In this document: piece after piece, positions 13,816 through 25,800 of the stretch
Layout: each line of letters starts with the position of its first letter
Numbering within the stretch: the first letter of the stretch is position 1
NCBI RefSeq assembly: GCF_006345805.1
Contig: NC_043005.1
Span: 99,572,001 to 99,636,000 of the forward strand
Reading direction: 5' to 3'
Source of the DNA: Octopus sinensis
Taxonomy: Eukaryota
Length of the DNA stretch: 64,000 bases
Position numbers and translations under genes: made by a program
The notes under the pieces: model-generated
The model's database searches: none
What the model was told of the DNA's origin: nothing
Seen by the model: the letters and a program-made list of their open reading frames with translations, nothing else

Positions 13816-15485
13816 TGGATTGTCATGGCAAGAATGTATGTGGTTATATGTTGTGTTGATCAAACTTGACCTAGTGTTAACCTCCCCCACCCCTGCCATT
13901 ATGTGACATAGGGTGTATAAACAAATTCTCATCAATGCTGTAGAGTAAGGATGTGCTCATAGCAATCTGAATCTGGAACACAGTTCCTGTTTCTTGTTAA
14001 AACACTTTGTTCCTTTCTTGAACTGAATAACTAGTTCATTGAGAAACGATCTACTTTTGATAGGAACTTGATTTATTAAAGGTCTTGGAACAATCTTATA
14101 ACATAGACAGTTGGTTAATTACAAATGTATTAGTTATATACTTTCTCAGTTGCAAAAGAATGAAAAGATAGTTTATTTTGGAGTTCAGTGTGTGTATGTG
14201 TGTGCGGAATTCAAAGCAGTATTGTTCCAAATTAGATACTCAAAAGAGTCTGATTAAGCCAAATTCTCTGCTTTGATTCAATCAACAGAGTGCAACTCAC
14301 ACAAAAGATGACAAAAGAAAGACCTGTGGTTCAATAAAAGTAGTTGTTCTATTAATGCAGCAGAATTGTAAGACAGGTTGTGCACTAGGAGCTGGAATGA
14401 AAGTATACCCTTATCATTGTATGATTACAATATTGTTCCTCATCTTTAGTCAGTAGACATAAGCGATTTACGGTCACATGTGAATCTATTTATTTTCAGA
14501 CCAATTCTTCTTTCTTGTAAAACGGTGAAACATAGAAACACAGTTTGATGGTGAAGATAATCAACGACAGATTCGTGACATAGCCAAGAGCTAGCTTACT
14601 CACCAGCAAAGCTACTGAGATAATAGCAACATGAAAAGCTCTTTGTACATTAAATCACTACAGAAAAGATGGAGAAGTACAGAGGTGTTTCTATCGAATG
14701 CTATAAGAAAATAACAGCAACAACAACAAAAGCAACAATAACATGTTTTACAACAACAGCTACGACAACAAAAGCAATGTATATATAAAATGTTTCTGTG
14801 GAAAGATGCTGCATAATTTATGTATTAGAAGAATAGGGAAATTATTCAAGAACACAAACATTACATAGAAGAAATGAAAATCTTAAAATAGCAGTAGTTG
14901 TGGTGCTAACATTGCTACTGGTACCATTAGGAATAATAATGGAACTTCACAGAGATCTGTGATTCTCCCCTTTGATGAACAGATGCGTACACGCATAATC
15001 ATTTGCATACACAAACATATGTTTATATATGTGTATGTATATATATACATATATATATACATATATATGTATTCATGTGATTACACACACACACTCATAT
15101 AAATATCATCATCATCTCTATATACAACTTTCTCTGTGTTGACATGTGTTACATGAAGCTTTGCCAAAGCAGTATTCTATGGCTAGCGATCCTTCCAGTC
15201 GTCAAACCTCGTTTTTAAATATTTCCCTAGTCTTTCACACAACAAACCACACAAAAGTTGTGCATGTTTCTATTGGGCACAAACACTGACAAACCTAAGT
15301 ATTGGCATTGGTTTACACCTTAAAGATGCAATGTATAAATCAAGAACCAGAGGAGCATGCTACCAGCCACAAACTAGGAACTTAACATCGGTGTATTTCT
15401 GTCTCATTCACTTGATATTACCATAAATCAAGAAATAATTCCTGGCTTTCAGAAATCCCACTGAGATTTAGAAGACATATCTTAC

Positions 15486-15884
15486 TTTTACTCTTTTACT
15501 TGTTTCAGTCGTTTGACTGTGGCCATGCTGGAGCACCGCCTTTAGTCGAACAAATCGACCCCAGGGCTTATTCTTTGCAAGCCTAGTACTTATTCTATCG
15601 GTGTTTTTTGCCGAACCACTAAGTTATGGGACGTAAACACACCAACATCGGTTGTCAAGCGATGTTGGGGGGGACAAATACAGACACACAAACACATATA
15701 TATATACATATACAAATATACGATGGGCTTCTTTTCAGTTTCCGTCTACCAAATCTACTCACAAGGCTTTGGTTGGCCCAAGGCTGTAGTAGAAGACACT
15801 TGCCCAAGGTGCCATGCAGTGGGACTGAACCTGGAAGCATGTGGTTGGTAAGCAAGCTACTTACCACATAGCCACTCCTGCACC
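15486..15884 (-). mobile_element. tRNA-derived SINE, full length
   Basis: Full family structure on the minus strand. Confidence 0.9.
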
Positions 15885-15930
15885 TAACTGCTTATAATTT
15901 TTTTACATTATATGTATATACATGTGTGTT

Positions 15931-16004
<74 letters not shown>

Positions 16005-16687
16005 TGTGTGTGCGTGTTTGAGATGCAGGCTTGAGGGCATGGATGAAAAGTCCTGGGTTCAGTTCCCATCGCATTACATTATAGTCTCAGAGCCCTGTGA
16101 ATGGACTTAATACATAGAAACTGAAAGTAGTCAGTTCTACACACACTCACACACACACAGATATATAGAGTTACAGACACACAGATGCACACACATACAT
16201 TTATACATATATCTAAGACTTGCCTTATTTAAGTTTGACCACATATCTCAAAGTGTATGGGCAGTGTTGGGGAAGGTATATTTTGTGAAATACTGGCCAT
16301 TGCCTATTCACGGAAGTCTCCTCTCCGTGTGACAATCGTTGACCAAAGGAAAACGAAGGCAAGGCCCAAAATAGTTTGTTTACATTGCTGTCAGAACATT
16401 AAGAGCCATATCAGATATTGTAAGGGTCCCCATCGAACCCTTTGACAGTTGTGCCAAGCCACAAACATGGATTGGAACTTTTTTATTGACTCCAAAAGGA
16501 TGAAAGCTAAAGTTGACTCTGGTGAGATTTGAACTCTGAGCTCAAAGAATCAAAACAAATACCGCAAGGCATTCTATGCAACACTAATAATTCTACAAAT
16601 TTACCTAATAGGTATGCTGTGAGTAAAAAGTAGTTCAATACATGAATGTAAAGTCTATGATATCTTTATCTAAGAGATGAGGAATTA

Positions 16688-17038
16688 TGTACATTATTTA
16701 CATTATTTACATTTGACAGATATTTGTCTTCATCTTGTTTGTTTTTAGCACAACGTTTCAGCTGATACACCCTCCTGCCTTCATCATATGTCTTGGGGAA
16801 ATTTCGAACCTAGTTTCTCAATCCTAAAGTATTTTTCAATGTTGTTGTTGTTGTTATTATCATTATTATTATTATTATTATTATTCAGATCACTGCCTGG
16901 AATCGAACTCGTTTAGTAGCCCCATGCTCTTAACCACTACGCCATATGCCCTGATGAAGGCTGAAGGTATATCAGCCGAAAGGTTGTGTTAGCAACAAAC
17001 GAGATGAGGACAAATATCCGTCAAATGTAAATAATGTA
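16688..17038 (-). mobile_element. tRNA-headed SINE-like element with hammerhead/Penelope-type tail plus an inverted partial tail
   Basis: Minus-strand A box TGGCGTAGTGG and B box GAGTTCGATTCC at about 16886-16950, then (AAT)n, a degenerate HHR at about 16745-16795 and an (AATGTAAAT)n tail. Arms 16699-16787 and 16951-17038 are inverted copies. Confidence 0.7.
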
Positions 17039-17525
17039 TCTCTTTATCAGTTTAGCTGAAGACTCCCTGAACTGATGTTGCTACTAATAGTTCCACCCAT
17101 CAGTGCCTCTTTCCCTAATGTTTTTCTTTATCTACCCCCAGTTCTTTAAGATCAACATGGCAATAAACACTTTTTGTTATTGTATTTGGATTATGAATTT
17201 CTATCGGCGATTCTGTGTCATTATTATCTCTATGTTTGTTTCTGAGTATGTGTTCAACTACTTTTGTTTGTATATATATGTATATATATATATATAATAG
17301 AAATATTAAAATAACTAAGTCTCTCTAAAAGAGAACAGCGGCAGCATTCCCGGAAAATAATAGTTATCGCCATACTAATATGGCATTCTTATAAAAATAA
17401 GAAAAAAGCTGTCCGCTGATTAGCTCCATGAGGCCATCGCCTTAAGTTAGCTATTTGATACACAAACTGTATCCATATAACCTTCGAACAAGGGAGGTCA
17501 GTCGCTCCACACTACTTGGCCGGCA

Positions 17526-17567
17526 GCTACAGACGCGTTTCGGGGTATTGCCCCTTTTCAATGCAGC
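17526..17567 (-). ncRNA. Type I hammerhead ribozyme motif (U3:A8 core variant), array copy 1
   Basis: Minus strand reads GCTGCA-TTGAAAA-GGGG-CAATA-CCCC-GAAA-CGCG-TC/TGTAGC: 6-bp stem I, 4-bp stem II, palindromic minimal stem III, GUC triplet. Confidence 0.75.
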
Positions 17568-17886
17568 GTAGCCAGCCAGTAGGTGTCGCTTCCGACAATC
17601 TCTGTTCGATGGTTTTATTTACCTAGTTTCGGTGGAATACATCCACTGTTTTCAATAATAGAAATATTAAAATAACTAAGTCTCTCTAAAAGAGAACAGC
17701 GGCAGCATTCCCGGAAAATAATAGTTATCGCCATACTAATATGGCATTCTTATAAAAATAAGAAAAAAGCTGTCCGCTGATTAGCTCCATGAGGCCATCG
17801 CCTTAAGTTAGCTATTTGATACACAAACTGTATCCATATAACCTTCGAACAAGGGAGGTCAGTCGCTCCACACTACTTGGCCGGCA

Positions 17887-17928
17887 GCTACAGACGCGTT
17901 TCGGGGTATTGCCCCTTTTCAATGCAGC
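17887..17928 (-). ncRNA. Type I hammerhead ribozyme motif, array copy 2
   Basis: Identical to the copy at 17526-17567. Confidence 0.75.
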
Positions 17929-18248
17929 GTAGCCAGCCAGTAGGTGTCGCTTCCGACAATCTCTGTTCGATGGTTTTATTTACCTAGTTTCGGTGGAATA
18001 CATCCACTTGTTTTCAATAATAGAAATATTAAAATAACTAAGTCTCTCTAAAAGAGAACAGCGGCAGCGTTCCCGGAAAATAATAGTTATCGCCATACTA
18101 ATATGGCATTCTTATAAAAATAAGAAAAAAGCTGTCCGCTGATTAGCTCCATGAGGCCATCGCCTTAAGTTAGCTATTTGATACACAAACTGTATCCATA
18201 TAACCTTCGAACAAGGGAGGTCAGTCGCTCCACACTACTTGGCCGGCA

Positions 18249-18290
18249 GCTACAGACACGTTTCGGGGTATTGCCCCTTTTCAATGCAGC
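18249..18290 (-). ncRNA. Type I hammerhead ribozyme motif, array copy 3
   Basis: Same motif, with stem III CGCG changed to CGTG. Confidence 0.7.
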
Positions 18291-18585
18291 GTAGCCAGCC
18301 AGTAGGTGTCGCTTCCGACAATCTCTGTTCGATGGTTTTATTTACCTAGTTTCGGTGGAATACATCCACTTGTTTTCAATAATAGAAATATTAAAATAAC
18401 TAAGTCTCTCTAAAAGAGAACAGCGGCAGCGTTCCCGAAAAATAATAGTTATCGCCATACTAATATGGCATTCTTATAAAAATAAGAAAAAAGCTGTCCG
18501 CTGATTAGCTCCATGAGGCCATCGCCTTAAGTTAGCTATTTGATACACAAACTGTATCCATATAACCTTCGAACAATGTATATAT

Positions 18586-18932
18586 AAATGTAATATGTGA
18601 CAATTACTTGGTAGCCACGATAAAACTTGGAGCTATTTGAATGACCACTAAGTGAGGGGCCCTTCAGTTTGTGGTCATTCAAATAGCTCTTTTGTCTTAG
18701 TAACGGTCAATCACACAGTAATTTCCCATTTTTCATAGCATTTTTCATAGCGTTTTTCCGATGGCCAGATAACTGAAGAGATGGTGGTGTGGATTTCCAC
18801 CTCAGCATCTGAAACTCAGAGTTTTATCATGGCTACCGAATAATTGTCACATATTACATTTACAGATAAATTCCTCTATTTACATAATATTGAGGTCTCT
18901 TTCTTTCTTTTGTTGTCTTGCCATTTTTATCA

Positions 18933-18935
<3 letters not shown>
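18586..18935 (+). mobile_element. Penelope-type non-autonomous element with inverted arms and a hammerhead-like motif at 18764-18833
   Basis: Arm 18586-18632 is the reverse complement of 18815-18862. Motif reads GATAA-CTGAAGA-GATG...CATC-T-GAAA-CTCAGAG-TT/TTATC. Confidence 0.55.
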
Positions 18936-18964
<29 letters not shown>

Positions 18965-19057
18965 TTCTTTGTAGTTTTTAAAGTATGCATGTTCTTATAT
19001 GGCATCATATTTCTTATAACTAATCAACATTACAGGGTATGTAATATATAGGTGTGT

Positions 19058-19885
19058 GCTCTTTTACTCTTTTACTTGTTTCAGTCATTTGAGTGTGGCC
19101 ATGCTGGAGTACCACCTTTAGTCGAGCAAATCGACCCCAGAGCTTATTCTTTGTAAGCCTTGTACTTATTCTATCGGTCTATTTTGCTGAACCACTAAAT
19201 TACGGGGACATAAACACACCGTCTATTGTCAAGCGATGTTTGGGGAACAAACACAGACACACAAACATATACACTCACATACATGTATATATGGTATAGG
19301 AGTGGCTGTGTGGTAAGTAGCTTGCTTACCAACCACATGGTTCTGGGTTCAGTCCCACTGCATGGCACCTTGGGCAAGTGTTTTCTACTATAGCCTCAGG
19401 CCAACCAAAGCCTTGTGAGTGGATTTGGTAAACGGAAACTGAAAGAAGCCCGTTGTATATATGTATATATATATATATGTGTGTGTGTGTTTGCGTGGCT
19501 GTGTTTGTCCCCCCAACATCACTTGACAACCAATGCTGGTGTGTTTATGTCCCCATAACTTAGTGGTTCAGCCAAAGAGACCGATAGAATAAGTACTAGG
19601 CTTACAAAGAATAAGTCCTGGGGTTGATTTGCTCAACTAAAGATGGTGCTCCAGCATGGTCAAAGTCAAATGACTGAAATAAGTGAAAGAGTAAATGAGT
19701 ATATATACATATATATATAGATATATATAATTATAGAACGGGCTTCTTCCAGTTTCCGTCTACCAAAGGCTTTGGTTGGCCCGAGGCTATAGTAGAAGAC
19801 ACTTGCTCAAGGTGCCATGCAGTGGGACTGAACTCAGGACCATGTGGTTGGTAAGCTAGCTACTTACCACACAGCCACTCCTGTG
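19058..19885. mobile_element. Nested SINEs: a plus-strand full copy (about 19305-19698) inside a minus-strand copy
   Basis: Minus 3' half at 19058-19300 and minus 5' half at 19735-19885. Confidence 0.85.
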
Positions 19886-22189
19886 CTGATATAAATGTAT
19901 CAATTTATTGTTATGGTATGTATATATTTGTCATTGAAACCATAGGTATGAATGTTCAGTTTACAAAGGGAAATTATTCTAATCTTCCCATTTCATTACT
20001 TATAGAAAATAATAAAACAGTGGTTATTTTATTGTACTTGGGTTAACTAAGTCTAACTGAGTATCTTTTGAATTTCTCTTCCCTAAAATTAAACTTACCT
20101 AACTGCAACCCTGTGCTAGTTTTCTCAAGTGAACATAAAATTTTCAAAATGCTAAAATGTTTTTAAACCCATTATCTTCTAAAACAAATAATAGCAAATC
20201 AGCCGACCTACCCACCCATCCATACCCATCCATCTACCATCTCTGATTCACCCAATGTTACGTTTCCATTATTCATATAAATACCCATTCTTGGTCCTCT
20301 AACATTATTCCCCTTTTTTAATTTTATATTTTATTGTTTTCCTCATATAGTATTTTTATATCTGTACATTAATCTGTTGTTTTCTTTATGATTATATCCA
20401 TCTTGCAACTAATATATGTTCTATCTGTTTATTGTTATTATAGCTATATGCTCCATTATGGCCGCATCTTTATATATTTTATACTCAATGTTCACAAATC
20501 GTTCTACTTTGTGACCCATTTTATCCAGATTTATTAATATTTTTTGTTATGTCTAATATATTTCCTTTTCCCTTGTTTTGAATTCTTTAGTTTTTAAATT
20601 TTTTAATTTCTTTCTTTATTTTTCCTATTTATATTCCTATTTCTATCATTAAGGTTTATCAAATTTTTAATCTATTTTTCATATCTTTATTTCACATATA
20701 TTTTCTAATATTTCCTATATATTTGGATTTTATTTTTATTTTCAATAATTTATTTATTCATATGTTATTTAATTACCCACTTTGCTGTGCATATTTTTAT
20801 TTATAACTTATTTTTGATTTCTCGATTCATTTTAGTAGTATTTACTAGCTATCCATTATGTACAGAACCCTAGTATTAATCATACATTATGTCTTAAACC
20901 TTAGTTAATAAATCTTGTTATTATCAATTCTGCCACAATCATCTTTGCCATTCATCCCTTAGGGATTAATAAAATAATAAATACCAATTGAACACTGAAG
21001 TCAATGTAATCGGCTTCCCCTTCCCTTCAGAATAGCTGGCTTTATGTCTCTAGTAGAAAGCATTATTAACCCTACCGACTTTGTTTCATTGAATTTTGTA
21101 TCTTTCAGTTCCACATTTCTACTTTTCTAACTTACGATTAATATTTTTAGTTTATGAAGTTTGTGATTTTTAAATATTTCCAACTCTACCTCCACCATTT
21201 ATCATTAACCATCCATCATTGACCATTTATCATTTACCTTTAAACATGCACCACGTATCACTTATCACTTAGAACTTAGATTTCTATGATTTACTTTCAA
21301 CAAACTCTACTTTCACATTATTTACTGATTTAATCACCTCTAATTCCATATATTTCAAACTGCCTTCCCATATTCCACCCTTAATTTTTCTTTTATATTA
21401 TATTTCAAACCACCAAGTCTATTGTTTGGCTCTCTTTATTTAATATTTGGTATGTGATATTAGATATCTGACACTTTGTTACTCCTCTTTCAGTCGTTTT
21501 ATATAATTATTGTACATATATGATCTATATATTGCTCAGAATATTTCAAATATATCATATCAGACTGTATTTTCTTCATATATTCATTTGTTATAGCATA
21601 TATTTTCCATTATATTACTTCCTCTATACATCTCTATTTTACATTTCCAATTTATATGGCCAAGTCTTTCATATTTTAGCACAATTTTTTTTCACACTTT
21701 CCAAGTATTTCCAAGTACGACATACATGACATCAATTCATCTTAACACACTGATATCTTGGCTTACATTCAAACACTTGAAACACAAATCTCCTCCCACC
21801 TATTTGAATATATTTTTAACTAGAAACATAACTATATTCATGTATTTGTGTGTCTGTGTGTACACGTGTCTGTGAGTACATGTGTGTGTATGTCTGTGCA
21901 TGTATATATATATATATATATTTCAATAATGAATCAGAAGCAGTGCTAGTGTTGTAAATATTATCAGCTCCACATACACAATGTATGTGTTTTTCTTGTT
22001 TGCTGTTATGATGTGATGTAGTGTGGTGGGGACGACTCCCTCAGAACACTGGGTGTTACAACACCTGAAAGCCATACACAGAAGAGACAAATTTCCTCTA
22101 ATCCCTAAGTGTGTGTGTGTTTGTATATATATATATATATATATACATGTGTATATATATATAAAAATATATATACATATATATGTTAA

Positions 22190-22425
22190 TAGTAATGGTA
22201 AAACAACAAAAGAACGAATGAGACCTTGATATTATGTAAACAGAGGAAGTTATGTGTAAATATAATGTGACATTTATTCAGTTGCCATAATAAGATTCCG
22301 AGTTTCGGATGTCGGGGTGGAAACCTGACGAGATGCTGGAACAGGCTTCCAACCCAACATCCGAAACTCAGAGTCTTATTATGGCAACAGAATAATTGTC
22401 ACATATTATATTACAGATAAATTCA
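22190..22425. mobile_element. Second copy of the 18.6-kb family, folded back on itself, with a CTGACGA...CCGAAACTCAGAGTC motif at 22325-22375
   Basis: Shares GAAACTCAGAGT.TTAT.ATGGC..C.GAATAATTGTCACAT with 18811-18853. Sequence at about 22263-22311 is inverted at about 22357-22405. Confidence 0.55.
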
Positions 22426-22444
22426 TATATATATATATATATAT

Positions 22445-22782
22445 AAAGAACCCCTTCAGTCATGAACGATCATGGGGTTGCACCTAAAACGTTACCATCT
22501 GAGGCACAAGTCTGAGCAAGGTTGATAGTTTGTTAGTGGAAGGCCAGCAGTCACCCATGCATACCAGCCTCCACTCTCCACACCATTGATGTTATCCAAG
22601 GGAACGGTAAAGGCTGACACAGCTTGGCACCAATGAACATTACAACTCATTTCTACAGCTGAGTGAACTGGAGCAACGTGAATTAAAGTGTCTCGCCCAA
22701 GAACACAACACACAGATCAGTCCAGGAATTGAACTCACTACCTCATGATTGTGAGTCCGACACTCTAACCACTGAGCCATGC
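22445..22782 (-). mobile_element. SINE with V-domain-like core
   Basis: Minus-strand TGGCTCAGTGG, GAGTTCAATTCC and TGTGTTCTTGGGCGAGACACTT. A truncated relative lies at about 49060-49225. Confidence 0.7.
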
Positions 22783-22787
22783 ACTTT

Positions 22788-22832
<45 letters not shown>

Positions 22833-22904
22833 CTGTGTGTGTGTGTGTATGTATACATATATACATCCTCATCTATATATATATACGTTTATATATACAT
22901 ACAT

Positions 22905-23099
22905 ACTCTTTTACCCTTTTATTTGTTTCAGTCATTTGACTGTGGCCATGCTGGAGCACTGCCTTTAGTCGAGCAAATCGCCCCCACAACTTATTCTATC
23001 AGTCTCTTTTGCCGAACCGCTAAGTTACGGGGACATAAACACGCCAGCATCGGTTGTCAAGCGATGTTAAGGGAGACAAACACAGACACACAAACATAT

Positions 23100-23173
<74 letters not shown>

Positions 23174-23332
23174 GACGGGCTTCTTTCAGTTTTCATCTAC
23201 AAAATCCACTCACAAGGCTTTGGTCAGCCTGAGGCTATAGTAGAAGACACTTGCCCAAGGTGCCACACAGTGGGACTGAACCCGGAACCATGTGGTTCGT
23301 AAGCAAGCTACTTACCACACAGTCATGCCTGT
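22905..23332 (-). mobile_element. tRNA-derived SINE, full length
   Basis: Family structure with expanded internal (TA)n. Confidence 0.9.
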
Positions 23333-23642
23333 GCATGTCTTTCATTTTAATCACCATGTATACATATAAGTAAATGTGTACATAACATCATAATCATAAT
23401 CTAACTTTTTGTACTTGCATGAGGTTGAAATAAAATCCATTGAGGTAGATTTTCTGTGGCCAAACGCTCTTCCTCTTACCAATCATTACTTGTTTTTAGG
23501 CAAGGCAATATCTGCCCTAGTTTTTTGAACAACGACCAGACAAGTCTTCATACTTGATTGCAAAGAATGACAGATGTATTAGTGTGATGTTTGCTTCTAT
23601 TTAGCACATGATATCAAAGCAAGGAGACACAACACACACATT

Positions 23643-23866
23643 TACAAGGGTGTCCTGATAAGTTTCTGGCTTTGGGTAAAAAAAATATACAGCAGGATCA
23701 GTTAATAATGACTTTGTTCAATGTCTTCCCCTCTCTGATTTATTCACTTCTTGCAGTGGTCCTTCAGTTTTTCTAACCCCTATAAAAAAAACTAGAAAAG
23801 TTGGGCCACCAACCAGGCTTTTTACACTACCCTTAATGCCAGGAACTTTTCAGCACCTCTTTGTAT
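23643..23866. mobile_element. Mariner-type MITE
   Basis: TACAAGGGTGTCCTGATAAGTTTCTGGC versus the reverse-complemented right end TACAAAGAGGTGCTGAAAAGTTCCTGGC. Confidence 0.6.
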
Positions 23867-24247
23867 ATACATGTCTTTTGTTCAGTTTCCATTTACAAAT
23901 CCACTCAGAACATTTAGCTCAGCCTGATGTGTGGAGATTGTATGAAACCCTTCTTATAGAAATAGCAGCTGGAGGAAGGAATTAATTCGATGGGTCAGTA
24001 CTTGTTTGTAATTGTTAAGTGAAATGGCAACTGAATGAAGCAGGCTCATGATCAAAGGCATTTGTATCATGACCGTCCGGTCTTTTCTTCAAGAGTAGTG
24101 TATCTAGGAATACATTGAATGTGTTCCTCTATTTTTAAGACAGTATGAGGAAGATTGCTCTACTGTTTCCAGCATGTCATGCAACCACATAGAGGATCCC
24201 AGTTTATTGACTCTGTTAATCAACCAAATTGTGTTTTGATGCAAGTC

Positions 24248-24282
<35 letters not shown>

Positions 24283-24388
24283 CAATATTTGTCTTGCATT
24301 TCCAAAGTGCATGAAGTGAACATTCTAGATCTGCTGGATGTTGCTTGTATGTTTGCCTTCAAAATATTAGTGACTTGTTACAATATCA

Positions 24389-24793
24389 TATTTCTTTATT
24401 GTCCACAAGGGGCTAAACATAGAGGGGACAAACAAGGGGATTAAGTCGATTACATTGACCCAAGTACGTAACTGGTACTCAATTTATCGACCCCGAAAGG
24501 ATGAAAGGCAAAGTCGACCTTTGCGGAATTTGAACTCAGAATGTAGCGGCAGACGAAATACCTATTTCTTTACTACCCACAAGGGGCTAAACACAGAGAG
24601 GACAAACAAGGACAGACAAACAGATTAAGTCGATTATATCGACCCCAGTGCGTAACTGGTACTTATTTAATCGACCCAAAAGGATGAAAGGCAAAGCCAA
24701 CCTCAGTGGAATTTGAACTCAGAATGTAATGGCAGACAAAATACTATTAAGCATTTCACCCGGCGTGCTAACGGTTCTGCCAGCTTACCGCCT
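24389..24793 (-). mobile_element. Second SINE family (Meta-domain-like core): monomer plus truncated second unit, with a 17-bp TSD
   Basis: Core TTTGCCTTTCATCCTTT..GGGTCGAT.AA.T.AGTACCAG occurs twice. Flanks are TGACTTGTTACAATATC (24371-24387) and TGACTTGGTACAATATC (24794-24810). Confidence 0.8.
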
Positions 24794-25800
24794 TGACTTG
24801 GTACAATATCTTGGTTTTAGAATAGGAATACCACATTGCTGTGTATAGTAGTAGGTAAATAAAACTCTTGGTGACAGGAAGGGTGTCTAATTGTAGAACA
24901 CTGCTTCAGAATACCAGTTCAAGCTGCTTGGAAAACTGGATGCATTTAAAGATACATTATATATATGTGTGTGTGTGTATGTGTGTGTGTGAGAAAGAGA
25001 GAGAGAGAGATGATGATCATCATCATATCCAGTGAGTGTGAATCACACACATTCACATGCATGTAAATCAATTAGCAATGCTATAGAAATATGCTTAATA
25101 TATGCAGAAGAACACACTCTGTGAGGCAACGAAAGAGGAAGATATTACTTAGTCTTTTATTATGAGAATGACCAGAAGCAGAAAACAATCCACGTATCAT
25201 GAAACCAGTGCTGCGTCTAAATCTCCATTCTTCACACGGTTCTTGTGATTTTGTCCTTTTGCTTGAATTTATTGATAACAGGATGTAGAATTAGAATAAT
25301 CGCAAGTGGGCTTCAGTATAATAAAGTAGAATGCTATGATGATGTTGGCTAAGATAACTGATGAAATGAGTGTTTGTAACAATAGGTGGATGCTGTATAA
25401 TTTACTCAGTGATACCAGATGCCATAGACGTGACAAGATTTACTTTATTGATGACACTGAACTTGCTTTGGTTAAAGATCATGTGATCAATCAAATTATA
25501 CAAGGCAGAAATTTGTGAGAAACTTATATAACCGCAAGACAAGAATGAAATTATTAATCATCATATCCATCACCATTTTAACAGCCGTTTATCTACGCTG
25601 ACATGAATAGGTTGGATCTGTTCTACAGTAGATTACCAATTATTTCAGTTCTCCATCATCTCTTTCTTCTGTGAAGTGTAGTATTCTAAGACTTGAGCCA
25701 CACCACTCCTTTCTATATCCTCCACTTCTCACACCAAATGGCTCCTTTCCACTCAGCACCCTTAACATGTATACAATATGTTTATATTAAGGTTGTTGAT

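Larger units (their letters stand above)
17296..18576 (-). mobile_element. Tandem array of 361/362-bp units (about 3.5 copies), one hammerhead motif per full unit; retrozyme / Penelope pLTR-like
   Basis: Unit starts AATAGAAATATTAAAATAACTAAG at 17296, 17657, 18019 and 18381. Copies differ by only a few bases. The array is flanked by (TA)-rich microsatellite, and no ORF of 60 aa or more lies within it. Confidence 0.85.

Noticed and set aside
17296-18576. CRISPR-like or simple centromeric satellite interpretation of the 361-bp array
   Set aside because: There are no unique spacers and the context is eukaryotic. The array is short and each unit holds a hammerhead fold.
20000-21830. Mitochondrial insertion (NUMT)
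   Set aside because: AT-rich and skewed, but I recognised no mitochondrial protein, rRNA or tRNA motif.
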